63,142 nt of DNA, filler included, from Intoshia linei (GCA_001642005.1; 6 parts of 6 records of this genome joined end to end with filler, not necessarily neighbours in it), one strand, 5' to 3'. Counted from the whole stretch's first letter, positions 28,688-41,735 are shown. Notes: a model not told the origin generated them from the letters alone. Numbers and translations: made by a program.

Positions 28688-29812
28688 ATGCAGCACATGC
28701 GCATAAAATGTAGTGCACCCGGAAAAGTAATAATTCACGGAGACCACGCAGTTTGTTATGGTAAAATGGCGATTGGTGCTAGCATAAATTTACGGGTTCA
28801 CGTAGAAATAGACCAAATGTATGACAATAAAATATCAATCAACACAATATCTTGTCCTTATAAAATAATCTTCAACATTGGAAAATGTATAGAAATTTGT
28901 ATAAAATCTGGAGAAAATGTAATGAAAAATCCAATTTGTTTAGCAGAAAAACAAATTAAAAATTTTGAATCGGATCTTAATTGTACGGATAAGAAAGTGT
29001 TTATTATTGCATGTTTCTATATCAAAAAAATAATTTCTGATGAATCTTTGCAATTTAAAGTAAACATTTCATCTGAATTGCCCTCGTCAGGTGGTTTGGG
29101 GTCATCTGGAGCAACTTGTGCTGCATTGAGTGCAGCTTTAATAAAATACAAACAAAAAGTTTTTAAAAAGTTTGAATTAAACGTTTTGGATGAAATAACC
29201 ACAATAGATTCTACCTTTGATGAGAATAGTTTGAAATTTTTGGTAAATAAGTTGGCGTATATGGGAGAAAAAATTTTGCATGGCACCAAAGCATCTGGAA
29301 TGGACAATACTATATCTGTATATGGAGGGATTTTGAAGTATAGAAAAATGAACTGTTTTGAAAAATGCTTAATCAATCCAAATTCGTTTGCATCGTTTTG
29401 TGTTGTCGATTCTGGTATTCTTAAAAACACTGAAAAGGTAATTGAAAAAGTGGCCAATTTAAATAAGGATTATTTAACCAAAATTTTTCAAGAAATGGAC
29501 ACTATATCGGAAAAAACTTGGCGATTATTGCAGTCACCAATATTTGATAAAAATAAATTTGGAATCAATATTAAAAGGAATCACATTTTATTAAAAGATT
29601 TGGGAGTAGCAAATTTAGAAATTGATAAAATAGTGGATATAGCCGAAAAACACAATCTTTCAGCCAAAATAACTGGATCAGGCTGTGGCGGTGCAGTTTT
29701 AGTTTTCAATTGTCGAGAAAATGAATTTGAAAATTTTTTTGAAAAATGCAAACTAAACAACTTTTGTTGTGCCGCTGTCAAAATTGATTTTGAAGGTCTC
29801 AAATTTGAGTAA
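28688..29812 (+). CDS. MVK: Mevalonate kinase (intronless)
   Basis: GHMP motifs SAPGKVIIHGDHAVCYG, SELPSSGGLGSSGA, EKILHG.ASGMDN, AKITGSGCGG. Confidence 0.93.
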   Translation: MQHMRIKCSAPGKVIIHGDHAVCYGKMAIGASINLRVHVEIDQMYDNKISINTISCPYKIIFNIGKCIEICIKSGENVMKNPICLAEKQIKNFESDLNCTDKKVFIIACFYIKKIISDESLQFKVNISSELPSSGGLGSSGATCAALSAALIKYKQKVFKKFELNVLDEITTIDSTFDENSLKFLVNKLAYMGEKILHGTKASGMDNTISVYGGILKYRKMNCFEKCLINPNSFASFCVVDSGILKNTEKVIEKVANLNKDYLTKIFQEMDTISEKTWRLLQSPIFDKNKFGINIKRNHILLKDLGVANLEIDKIVDIAEKHNLSAKITGSGCGGAVLVFNCRENEFENFFEKCKLNNFCCAAVKIDFEGLKFE

Positions 29813-29864
29813 CGTTGTAGTCTATGTAAATAAACAATTGTTGAAATTTGATTTTTAAAATTTA

Positions 29865-31007
29865 ATGATTCCGTTTTTACTCTCCTTTTTATATATTGTC
29901 ATATTTCTCGTTTCAATTAATTTATTTACTTTTAAATTAAACCGGTATGTCATGGTGTAAAAAATTTTTATTTTTATTTAGAAATGACCCTGTTATAATT
30001 AAATTACGATTGAAATGGGTTACATTATTAACTCCTTGTATTTTATTTATTGCAACCATCTTATATCCTTGTCGTAAAGTAACTAATGTTATACTTTAAT
30101 GTAATTTGTGTATAGGATACGTACGATGTGTTTGGTTTACTGAATTTTAACCCTTATTTTATTAAATCAATGTTTCATGTTTTAGTATTGCTTTCCATAA
30201 ATTTTTTTATCATAGACTCTATTTGCAGGTGAACTTTGCTACATGGTTCTAAATTATAAAGAATCTTTTGAAGAATTTAAAAACGGTATTTTATAATTTT
30301 CAGTCTTGATATATTTTTTTATTTTTATTTAATTTAGCCGTCAATTTATGCAAACAACGACCTGAAATTTATATAAAAAATTTAATTATTGTAATTTTAT
30401 CTAAAATTAAAGTCATCATTGTTAGGGTCCACTGATAGAGGAAGTTATTTATAGGGGATGTGTTTTTTGTACTCTATTGTGTGATTATTCAGAAATGAAG
30501 GCAATTTTTATATCATCACTTTTATTTGGACTAAGTAATTTTTTTCATTTAATTAACGTAATTTATATACACATAGGTCATTTAAATGAATTTATTAGAT
30601 TAGCAATATTTCAAAACTTTAAAGATAATCTAGAAATTTTTTATCGTAATTTTTAAAAAGTTTGAAATGCCTAACAAGTCATTTGTATTTTTTATTCTAT
30701 TTTTAGTTTTCAAAGTAGTTTATACAACGTTGTTTGGATTTTATGCTTGTAAAATAGTTGTGAAAACGGGTTAAATAATATTTTGGTTTTTTTTTTATTG
30801 TTTGCATATTTAGGAACCATATTACCAGCCATTTCTGCTCATTTTATATGCAATTATTTTGGATTCCCCATCAATTGTTTTGAAATTATGTGTAAAGTGA
30901 TTGTCAATGTTGTAAAATTAAGGAAAGGAAATTTAGTCGTAAATGATATATTTGTATTTTTAAGTTCAGTTATTGGTTTAACTGCTTTTGTTATGTTGTG
31001 TAAATAA
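29865..31007 (+). CDS. RCE1: CAAX prenyl protease 2. Exons 29865-29944, 29982-30078, 30116-30184, 30216-30285, 30338-30390, 30426-30534, 30577-30645, 30707-30769, 30814-31007
   Basis: Spliced product RNDPVIIKLR, GPLIEEVIYRG, LLFGLSH, YTTLFGFY, AISAHFICNYFGFP. Eight GT-AG introns of 31-61 nt keep the frame open. Confidence 0.92.
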
Positions 31008-31144
31008 ATTTTATATTATAAATTAGGTTGACTGTTATGTATTACGTGCAAACATCTCCGAATTCTACCGAGGCGGACATTTTTATTCTATCACAAAATA
31101 AATTTAACACAGTGTTATGCACTAATATACGAGCTATTGTGCAC

Positions 31145-31360
31145 TAGGGTGATCACTTTTGCATATTTTTTTAAAAGATCAAAAAGTATATTTCACCATC
31201 AGGATTATTGGTGATGGTGATCACTTTCCTGAAAAAATTATTCAAATTGGTTGAGTTTAGACCCGGCCACTCGACATCGAAATTGTTCCCTAAAAAGTTT
31301 AAATTAAACTTTATTTTCATAGTAAAATGTTATAAAAATTTCTAACAAATATAAAATTAA
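31145..31360 (+). repeat. Repeat family D
   Basis: Reverse-complement match to 28349-28558. Confidence 0.8.
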
Positions 31361-31624
31361 TATTATCGTCATTTTATAAAATTGAAATACTTGACTAATC
31401 AATAAATCATCTACATTAAATGTATATTATACATTGTGTTTTGAAGCAAGAAAACGTTGTGTACTACTTTTATTTTCATCAAACAAACGAATTAGTTCTT
31501 TCTTTGTAGATGCACTTAAATCTTTTCTTTTTTATAAATTTTCTTTGTTCATGTAGCAGAAATAAAAAATTTTCAAAAAGCACGTTTTGTATACTGTTGT
31601 GAAAAAGCTGTTCGTGTTTTTCAA

Positions 31625-32205
31625 AAAATGATTTTTGTTGAAAATACCCTATACCACGCTGAAGAAGGTACTTAAAGACCCCTAAAAAATATATTTTTAG
31701 AAAAAATTACCGGTAAATTAAATAAAAGGTTTTCGCGCGGTTTTTTCCCTTTTTCTTAATTGGCGCCAATAATTTTATTTTAAACATGGATAAGATTAAT
31801 GTACGACCCACTAAGACATATACCAAATTTGGAGTGAAAAAATGAAATTTAACCTCACAGGGCGTTTTTTCCATAAAAAGGGGTTTTTGTAATATTGGTC
31901 AAATATAAAAATTCCAAAATTTATAATTACCAAAAATTTATTTTAACTGTGAAAATTTAAGTGTGTCATTATGGAATTCAGTTATTTACGTTTTAAATAC
32001 ATTTTAATAGAAAAAAGTAATATGAACTCTCTAGAAGCCGAGCTAAAAAATTGAACTGTGTTTATTCTAATCAATTAATTTTTATAAAAATTGGATGACG
32101 ATAGGTAAAATGTGATGCAGATTCATGACAGGTGAGTGTAGTTTTTTTTGTATTATTAGTTTCAGCGTTTTAATTAATTAAAATGACAAAAATACTTTAT
32201 TATCT
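31625..32205 (+). repeat. Repeat family B (copy at 60770-61330)
   Basis: GAAAATACCCTATACCACGCTGAAGA...GAACTCTCTAGAAGCCGAGCT near-identical in both copies. Confidence 0.85.
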
Positions 32206-33522
32206 TCAAAAAAAAAATGATTAATCATGGAAATAATTATTATTGGTGTTGAAATTCAAAGTAATTTAAAATTGAAACGAATAATTCTGTTATTATAAAA
32301 GTGAAATTTTAGTTGATTAATTCACCAATAATTATCTAATCTTAAAAACCTTTTAATGTTAATTATCAGTATCTGACCAAATGATCAAGCATTCCTATGT
32401 TATTTGTCACAATTTTAAGTCATTGAAGAATTATAAATCTTATTATTGTTTATTCATTAACTTGTTAAAAGTGCTAATCGTGTAATTTTAACAATTGTTT
32501 GGTTTTATTTAGTTTGTCCATTTATATTTGTCATTGTTTTTCGTTAATTATATTAATCATTTTATATAAGTAATATGAAAGTGAGGCTCGATATGCATGC
32601 CGACTGATAATATGTAAAATTTTGTTGTTTAAATTTCAATATAAAACTAAAATTTTTTAACTGTAAAAAATAATCTAAAATTTAGATTCTAAATGTATAA
32701 TATATGTAACCAAATGAATTATAATATTACACTAGTTAGCGACTAAATGTTTAAAAATAAACATCACCTATTATATAGTATTTTAAAGTTATTAATTGAA
32801 TTCCGCTTAATGTTTTTTGAGAATTGAGAATTTTTAATAACGGCATATTATTTTTCACATATCAAATATTTACATATCCTCTCTGCCCATGTGCTAATTT
32901 TTTTTTTTGAACTACTGACCTACTGTGTATACTGTATATTGTGAATAACAATAAGAACTTCACTTTAATTTGGATGAATCATGTTCATCGTTCACGTAGT
33001 AGAACGTTCACGATTCATTTACTTTTTTCATAGTAAACTATAACAAATTTTTTTAGTTGTTCATTATTGGAGAAGTTCACGTTATAGAGGGTTGACTGTA
33101 GATAAATAATTGAAATTAAATTAAACTGAACTTTAAATTTTGACTGTTCCGCTTTTGGAGTGTTTCATCAATGGTATTCTACAATTATTGTAAATTTTTT
33201 TTTTAATAAAAAAAATGAATACTAAAGTGTTTTTTTGACCGTTTTTCAGGGTGAAAAACCTAATATCAGAAAATTTATATAATAATATACATAATATATA
33301 AACATCACCTGCAAAAACTGTATTAAAAACTGGGGTATTTTATATAATAGATAACACAACGACATTCAATTTTATATGTAAAGGTAACAAAATGCAATAC
33401 ATTGCAAATTGCAATGCATGTTTGTAATTTGAAATATTTTTATAAAAAAAATTGATTTTATAATGAAAAAATGAAAATGAATTTTTAAATGTTATCCAGT
33501 AACTATGAAATGAGTAATAAAC

Positions 33523-35160
33523 ATGAAAACTGATGAAATTTGGTTGAAAGCCATTTGCGTCGGAGGAGAAGAAAATATAAATGTTTTACCAAATTCATTA
33601 AATATTATTAGATACACTAATAAAAGCATTTTACCGGTAAAACTAGAAGAAGATGGAAAAACTTATTCCGATGAAATATACAATAGAGACGATGAAACAA
33701 ATGCAGTGTGTTTTATTCACATTACCCCAGAATGGAATGCATTTCTAAGAATATATGACAGTAATATTAAAACATTCAAATCTACCAATTGATTTTTAAC
33801 ATTTAGAAGGGAATATGGTATCAGAGAAACAGCTTGTTGGTATTCCTGTGTCAATACATTCAATTTATATAACAAAAACAGAGCCGATAATACCAGGTTA
33901 ATTTGAATTTAAATTAAAATTTTAAACTAAAATTAGTATTAATTTCCTCTTGTGGTAGTCACATTTATTTGTATCGAAATATGAAACCTTATTATAAATT
34001 TTCCATACCAAATCAAAAATGCCCCAGAATCATTGAAGATGAATTTGATAAATGCGAAAATGTACCTTTTAATTAAATTTTAAAATTATTTAATTTTATG
34101 TAGGACAATTTGGAACAATTAAAAAATATCTGTACTTTTATTGAAAGTTTGAATTTATTAAAATATTGTAAAGAAGATGTAAAAATTTCTAAAAAGTCGG
34201 ACGACTTGGATAGTTTACTGTTAGGAAATTCATTTACTCAGGAATTGCATAAACTCTTGTTATTTTATTATTCAGAGAACAACGAAAATAAAAATTCCAA
34301 CCCTGAACAGCCAAAATTTGAAAAAACTTTCAAGTACCTCAATTTCCTAAAACAACATGTAAAGACGGAAATTTCAGAGACAATTACAGCTGCTACCCCA
34401 ATAAAGAAAAATGAAGACGATTTTAAATCTATGAGTTGGATGGTCATTGGTTGTGAGAGTGGGAATGTTTTTTTATTAGAAACACAATTATTTACCTTGA
34501 AAAAACTAGGACACGTGAATGATGCAATTTCCATTATAAAATGCTTCGGAGAATACCTTGTAAATTTCAAAATTATTATAATTACTCGTGATAATAATAT
34601 ATTTATTATTGATAAAATCAATCAAAATCGACCAAAATATTTCATGAGCATCAATTCCTTGATAATGTTTGCGCATATTAATATAAATTGTATTGTCATC
34701 ATTTGTGGATTGAACAAAATCCAATTTTACACACATGGCGCAGAACTCAAGTGTAGTTTTTCCGTTAATTCCAATATTATATCTACTGAAATGTTTTTTG
34801 TACACTCGAAACAAATTGATGCATTAATGGTTAGTTGTAATAATAATACTATCAAATGCTTTGTCAATGAAATTTGCTATTTTGATATAGAAATGATTAC
34901 ACTTCAGTCCATGAAATTCGGATGTGTTGGATCCGAAAACAATTGTTTAGTAGGTGTCGGCAATGATTCCAAAGTTTATTACTGGATATTAAAAAGAACT
35001 TATAAATTTGAACCTCCAGAGTTTTCTAATGATACTCAATATACAAATACTGAAGATATTTGGGATACACTTGATTTGAACAATTCTTCCAGCAATAATG
35101 TCGATTCGGCTATAGACATTTATAAATCTCTCAAATGTGAATCTAATAAAAAGGATAGTG
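33523..35160 (+). CDS. BBS1: Bardet-Biedl syndrome 1 protein, C-terminus unresolved. Exons 33523-33760, 33807-33896, 33937-34061, 34104-35160, possibly 35227-35325
   Basis: WLKA N-terminus; GSHIYLYRNMKPYYKFSIP, TITAATPIKK..WMVIGCESG and MKFGCVGSE..ILKR match BBS1 motifs. Confidence 0.88.
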
Positions 35161-35334
35161 GTATATTTTAAAGTTAATTAATTTGAATTATATCTCAGTT
35201 TCTCTTTTTAAATTAGGGTTTTTAAGGTTATTTTCAAAAAATTTTATTCAATGACCAATGTAACCATAATTCTAAAATAAATTTCGAAATCTTTCATGGT
35301 TCCCCAATATTTTTAATCGTTACTGGTTCATATA

Positions 35335-36218
35335 CTTTAACCTTTTAAAGGTTGATTTCAAACAAACTTTTATTCTAAAAATACGATATTAATTAAGATT
35401 TTAGTTTTTATTTAAATTTCTTACAAAATGTTTTGAAAATGAAAATTTGAAATATAAAAATTGCGAAGGAATGAAGATTATATAGATTTTCACCCACATT
35501 TCTTTATTGGAAATGTGTAGATGTTCAATGTAGATTTTTTTTAAAATTGTAGGATCAATATTTACATTTTCAATTTTTATTTTAATCGGATTTATTGAAA
35601 AATATTGGTTGAATATATTAAAAGTATTTTTCACCTGGAATGCATAGATTTCTGAGATTGAAATTTTGTATTTATATCGACTGGAATAAGCTCTATCAGA
35701 AAAATATTTTTTTTAAATTTTTGGACCGTTAATTATTTCACATTTTTTGTTTTAATAAAATATTTCGGAAAAAAATATATGAATACTAAAATGCTTTTTT
35801 GATCGTGAAGTCGTCACTTATTCGGATTGAAATTTTCTGTGTGTGTGTTAACAGTAAACAACTGTATCACTTGTATTTTTTTTAAATTCTAGGGTTCTTT
35901 CATTAAAAAAAGCGTCATTTGAGGTTTTAGCTTTTACGATATATTTTTTTTAATTTAAATTTGCTGTAATGTTTATGATTTTAAAATCCGTATCAGCGTA
36001 TATATTTTTTAAATTCTCTAACTCGTTTGATTTTCAAAAAAAAAACAATTGGGAGTTTTGACCCGTAAGATGTGAGTTTGGGAGGTTGAAATATATGTTA
36101 TTATCACCCCGAAAAAAACTGATATTGAAATGTGGACTTTATAAAATTCTAAGACTGGTAGTTATTGAAATAAAGTGCACACAAACTAATATTGCGTAGT
36201 ATATTATATAAGAAAGGA
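35335..36218 (-). mobile_element. Family A Helitron-like copy (longest in window)
   Basis: A|TCCTTTCTTATATAATATACTACGC 5' end; matches 1-541, 57612-58213 and the degraded copy at 56290-57070. Confidence 0.7.
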
Positions 36219-36636
36219 TACTGAACCGAAAGGCTATTTTTGATTTGTGATTTAATTGCATTCCATCCATATTCAATTGGATTAAGTAGTGCACTATATG
36301 GGGCCAATCTGAGAATTTGTAGTCCCGAAAATTAATAAATAATTTTAATCGTTATCAATACCGCGCTAACTATCAATTCTTATCAAAGGATACTGAAAAA
36401 ATGCCAGAAAAAATACGTACTATCAATTTTAGTTTATTTGGTGTTAAATGTAAAGCTAAAACTACTTATCTATGATGACTAGGGCAAGTAAAACTTAATA
36501 AAGTCATTTTTTTGAAATTGAAAATAAACACTTCTATTTCATTCTAAGCTTCACTTTTACAGGAAAAATTTTGATCATCACGAAATGAACAACATAATGA
36601 ATGTATCCTAATGAATTCAAGAGAACTGATAATTCA

Positions 36637-36736
36637 NNNNNNNNNNNNNNNNNNNNNNNNNNNNNNNNNNNNNNNNNNNNTTAATTAATTAANNNNNNNN
36701 NNNNNNNNNNNNNNNNNNNNNNNNNNNNNNNNNNNN
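36637..36736. other. Assembly gap with synthetic linker
   Basis: N44-TTAATTAATTAA-N44. Confidence 0.98.
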
Positions 36737-36937
36737 CATTTAAAATCTGACATTGATAACTTTTTGACAAATAAAAGCCAGAGTTTTTTTAAAATGGAAT
36801 TAAGAAGCTACCGGAATGTTGGAGAAGAATTGTTGAATGCAATGGAGAATATTTTGTAACATAAAAGTTAATCAAAATTGTTATTATAGAAGTTTTAATT
36901 ATAGTTATAAAAACGACATTACTTTTGAATGACCTAA
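36737..36937 (+). mobile_element. Mariner relic, 3' end
   Basis: DNFLTNKSQSFF/GIKKLPECWRRIVECNGEYF; right TIR AAAAACGACATTACTTTTGAATGACCTAA|TA. Confidence 0.85.
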
Positions 36938-37263
36938 TAAGATAAATTTCAGTTATAACTGAAGAGAAACGGTTTTAGTGTATTCAACAAAATAATATCC
37001 CGGGCGATCTGAAAATTCAGACTTAAAATGATTAAAACGAGCCAATTATGGTAGAAAAGTGTCTAAAATTTAAAAATAAATAATTTACATATTTACTTAA
37101 AGGGCCACCAATATTATTCTGTGGGCCACTGGTTGCCGACCCCTGGTTTAAATAATGTTAGTTTATATGAAGAGGTCATATTCGAACATTTTTATTTTTA
37201 ACGTATCGTTTTTTGTTTTGTTTTGTATTGTTTCAATGAAAATACGTTTTGGATTATTGTTGT

Positions 37264-37800
37264 CAGGGGCGGATCCAAGAGGCTAGTTAATGGAGTTCAA
37301 TTTCAATATCAAGAAAATTTTTTTAGGGCATATTTTTTAATATCAAGGCGTCTAGTTTAATTTCATTTAAAGGTTGTTATACAATAGTTTCCAAATTTGT
37401 ATTTTTTCGCAAAAATGAACAGCACAAAATGTAGTTAACTAATTTTATTTATTAAATAATTCTAAATCAATTAGGTTCAGTATTCTGGGATGAAGTATTT
37501 CAAATTCATTAACCAAACTTTCAATATAAAAATTATAGTCATAGTGCCAATTCATGAGGTCCAGTCCACATAGACGATTACCAGTCATTGTGTATTTTAA
37601 AAAGGTTTTCAATCTTCTCAAAATGCTAATGGAGCGTTCACGTTCACATGTGGTGATTGGCAATGTAGCTAAAATAATTAAAAGTTGATAAATATATGGA
37701 AACAAATTAGAATTGCAGTTTTCGATTAATTGTATGATAGTGGTCTTTGAATCAAGTTTTTTTTCCATCTAGTATATTCTGCTTTGAGAACCTAATCTAA
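37264..37800 (-). mobile_element. hAT transposase relic (ZMYM/THAP12-like dimerisation domain)
   Basis: LFPYIYQLLIILATLPITTCERERSISILRRLKTFL..TM...RL; terminus CAGGGGCGGATCCA at 37264. Confidence 0.85.
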
Positions 37801-39152
37801 TGATATGCATGGTAAAAATATTTCACATTTTTCTGCGAATTTTTTCTAATTTTTTGCAAAAAATATTTTTGGCTTAAAATTATTTCTAAATAAATTTAAG
37901 TAAAATTCTAAGTAATCGAACGTGACTAAATCGAGATATTACTGTATAAAATTATCAATTATAGATGTGCATGTAACCAATTGTTCATTTTCTGGTGACC
38001 TCGAGACTCGAGCTGGGTATGTTCGCTTCTGGTTACGACAGTGTTTCTCAACCGTGTACCTAATAATAACAAAATACAAATAATAAATAATAATACGATT
38101 ACAAAATAATAAACATTAAATAGTCAATATGACAATAAATGGTGTTTTACTTCAACGATCACACAAATATATTCTTTTAAGTTTTTTTTAGTTACCCAGC
38201 CCTGGAGACAATACACAAAGAATTAAAGTGGATAGTACCAAATACATTCAAGGTAATATTGTATTACATATATTATATATAGCTTGACTGTGATTTACTT
38301 CGTACAAACAGACCCGTATCTGTAGAGGCCGATTTAATAGGCCCTCTAATTTTTAATTTCGAGACCAATTTATAAAATGATTATACATGAATATCAAAGT
38401 GCTTTTTTGATCGTGATGGCGTCAAATTGAGATTTAAATTTTTTTTAAATTCTAGAACTCGTTTCATTTATGATAAAGCGCATGGTTTTAAAAATTATCT
38501 CAAAATTTATGTTTTATAAAATTTCAAGACTTTTTTCAATTTTATAAATAGGGTAATTTGTGGTTTTTACAATGAAGATATACGCTTCTGAGGCTAAGAT
38601 TTACGACACTGTTAAAGATTTCAAAACGCGTCTCAGAATTTGTTTTCAAAAATATAACTGATTTTATTTTTAAAAAAATGAGAAATTGTTTGAGCCTGAA
38701 GGACTCCTTTTTCTAAAAAATAAATTTATAAATTATACAATCAACAGCATATAAAATACAACATGTATCACTCTTGAAAAATGATATTAGAAAGTATTTG
38801 ACTGTTAATTTTTTAAAATAAATAAAAGACAAATATTTTAAAAAGTAATCACGTATTAATTCGCTGACCAATTATAAACGTGCGAGTAACTTAATTCATA
38901 CACGAAAAACTTTTTACATGACTGATTATATTCTTAAACGAAATTAAATCCGATTACGAACTTTAGACTGTAGAACTCAAATTATTATAATCATATGATT
39001 AAAATATGATATATTATGATCAAACGCTCCAAAGTATGGACTACAGGTGGAGAAAATAATTAATTTTTATAAAGAATTTTGAGTTTTATTTTTGTATTGT
39101 ATACAACCGATAATAAATAAATAAAATGAATTTGTGATACAAAAAAATAATA

Positions 39153-39966
39153 TCAATTCTTTTTCACCATAGGCCTAAAAAAAGTATAAAAATAGAAAAA
39201 GATTTTAAACTTGGCTAATTCGACACATAGCAAATGTTTTCCAAAAACATATCGTTGCAATTTTTGTATAGCCAGTGTCGCTTCTTCAGGTCTTTCATAG
39301 TGAACGAAAGCTTTTCCCTTACATGTGTTTGTAATTTTATCCGTATTAATATAGACATTACGAACTTTACCATATACATCACAAATCTTTCTTAAATCAG
39401 GCTCGGTAGTTGATACCGGAAGATTGGAAAACATTAGAGAACAACCAGGCGGCCTTTCATATGATTTTACTTGTTTGTACACAAAGTTTACATTTCCATC
39501 ACCAGTACGTTTAACACAATTAGCAGAAAGATGAGACCCATTACAATGAGTACACGCCAACGTGGATCTACATTTGCTAAATCTGTACTGATTTAAATCA
39601 GCTTCACTAATTTCCTAAATAAAATATAAAACATTAGAATGCACTGTAAACATCTAATTCGTTTATGTGGGTAAATTTAAGATTGACGTTCTTTATGGTT
39701 CTATAGTCATCAGTTGGGAATGGTGGATTATTGGAACAATTTCCGAATTTTTGCATAGTCTACAAGGAAATAAAATATTAATAAATGCATAAATGATACT
39801 TTATATCTTCTTGCAATTTCAGAATTTACGTTCATTTTTTTAAAAGTAAACTTTGTTTTCTAAAGATTTCAATTATTTAAAAAAATTATTTAGTGTTACA
39901 TTTTCTGAATCAGTATATGTTCGAATATTTTTATTTTCATCGTCGAAAAAACTGTATTCTTTCAAT
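39153..39966 (-). CDS. EIF3G: eIF3 subunit G-like protein; start codon not located
   Basis: Spliced IARRYK|TMQKFGN..NPP, zinc knuckle CTHCNGSHLSANC, RRM KGKAFVHY...LCVELAK|P; short GT-AG introns. Confidence 0.85.
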
Positions 39967-40109
39967 CTAATAAAATTAATTTAAATTTGTTATTTTTAGA
40001 CATTATAAAATAATGAGAAAAAATTTGTAAGAATTATTTTTCACGTTAGTTTTTACACGCAATTTCCTTCTCGGGAGAAATTTTAATATTTTAATGGAAA
40101 ATAAATATC

Positions 40110-40401
40110 ACAGAAGGAAATTCAAGATAATATCCACATTAATGGAGAGAAATTAAGATTTAATCCATAGCTATCCCATCATCATAGATGACAGAGCGTA
40201 GATGCAGTAGTTACTCAACTTTTAATAATACAAAGAAATCGTCTTCAAATAGTAAAAAGGGAGATCTCATAGCATATGACAGTCGTATGAAACTCAGGGC
40301 CAACAAATTGGCTGAAAAAATTAAATACAATCATTTCATTGAAAAGCGTTAAAAATATCTTCACCCAAAAGGGGTCGTTAGCTGAAAAAGGTTGAGAACA
40401 C
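40110..40401 (+). mobile_element. hAT Buster-type relic
   Basis: IAIPSS...VVTQLLIIQRNRLQIVKR; right end AAAAAGGTTGAGAAC. Confidence 0.7.
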
Positions 40402-41073
40402 AAGGCGAAACAAAACAATACATATTAATTTTGAATTTTTTTAAGCTGTTAAAATTTTCAATATCAAATACTCAAAATAGCTGTTAAAAATTTAAGTCAA
40501 TTGTAGTGTAAATCATCAAAAATTGATGAAAAATAAATTTTCTAATTTCATCATAAAACGCCACGATCTTCAGCACTACTTTTTATTATAATTTTCTAAA
40601 TTCTATTATCACTTACACTAATAATAATAATACGATAAGTTATCGTACTTTCAATCTCATCCAAAATCTTATTAAAATATTTAAATTTAATAATTAAATC
40701 GTAATCCACTTTATTTTGGCCTCGATTACTACAAACAGTTCTACTTAAATAAAAATGAAAATTACTTTGATTGAAATATATTTTCGTCCATTTAAAATTT
40801 TAAACTTGTTTTTATCTTAATAAACTTAATGTTGAATTCGTAATTGTGTAAGTATTGAAAATGATTGAATATCACGGTGTCTATTAACAACATAATATAC
40901 GGAACTAAAAATATCATTTCAAGTATTTTAAATTTCTCTTTTTTACATTTACATGTTAAATATATTTTTGTCAAATGCATCAGGAATGCACCAGTTAAAA
41001 ATTATTCTTGAATATGTGAATTATTTTATAAATTTTAGAGATAATCTGCGGTATAGCACCATATCGAATAATT

Positions 41074-41735
41074 CAGGGGTGGGCGACAATTGAACAATCG
41101 GTGGCCAAATCTGTCTAGCGAAAATTCCTAGAGGCCACAACAAAAAATAAAAATAATTGTTCTATGTATTTGCACAAATTTTTTTTCTTTCATATGTTTA
41201 TTTTACAAAGAGATGTTGCTCTTAAAATCAGTTCAATGCGTCTGCAATGTGCAATCTGCAATGCAATCAGTAGCCAAACGTATTCAATATTAATTGTCTT
41301 TTAAGTATCCAATTTAACTTAAAAAAAAATCACATCTTTTTTTTTTTTAAAAAATCCAATTTTACCAATCTCAAAAGAGAATCACCTTTTTTTTTTAAAA
41401 ATCTAATTTTACTAACCTAAATTGAGGAAAAGTCACCTTCTTCCAATATTTTTTTCAAACGTCAAATTTTAACAAGTCTTATGAGCAACAAATTTTTAAT
41501 CCAAAACCCAAAATAAAAAATCGAATTATACCAACCTAAATTAAAAGAAAATCACCTTTTTTTTTTTTAAAAAATCCAATTTTACCAATCTAAATTAAAA
41601 GAAAATCACTTTTTTTCTAATTTTTTTAATGAAAAACACGACTTTACCAAATGTTATGAAAAAAACCTTTAATTTTAATAAATGTTATATATTTCATGTT
41701 TCCTTTGGGGTTCAAAGAAATAAATATTTTAAAAT
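41074..41735. mobile_element. hAT-like element with internal tandem sub-repeats
   Basis: CAGGGGTGGGCGAC terminus; repeated AAAATCCAATTTTACCAA(T/C)CT...AAAATCAC units, also seen at 13740-13920, 11570-11860 and 45190-45310. Confidence 0.6.

Noticed and set aside
29017-29802. Minus-strand ORFs of 146 and 73 aa
   Set aside because: Antisense to mevalonate kinase.
28688-29812. Intronless MVK as a bacterial horizontal transfer
   Set aside because: Its length (374 aa) is eukaryote-like, composition matches the neighbours, and other host genes here also have long exons. There is no positive evidence without a phylogeny.
34268-34814. Minus-strand ORFs
   Set aside because: Antisense to the large BBS1 exon.
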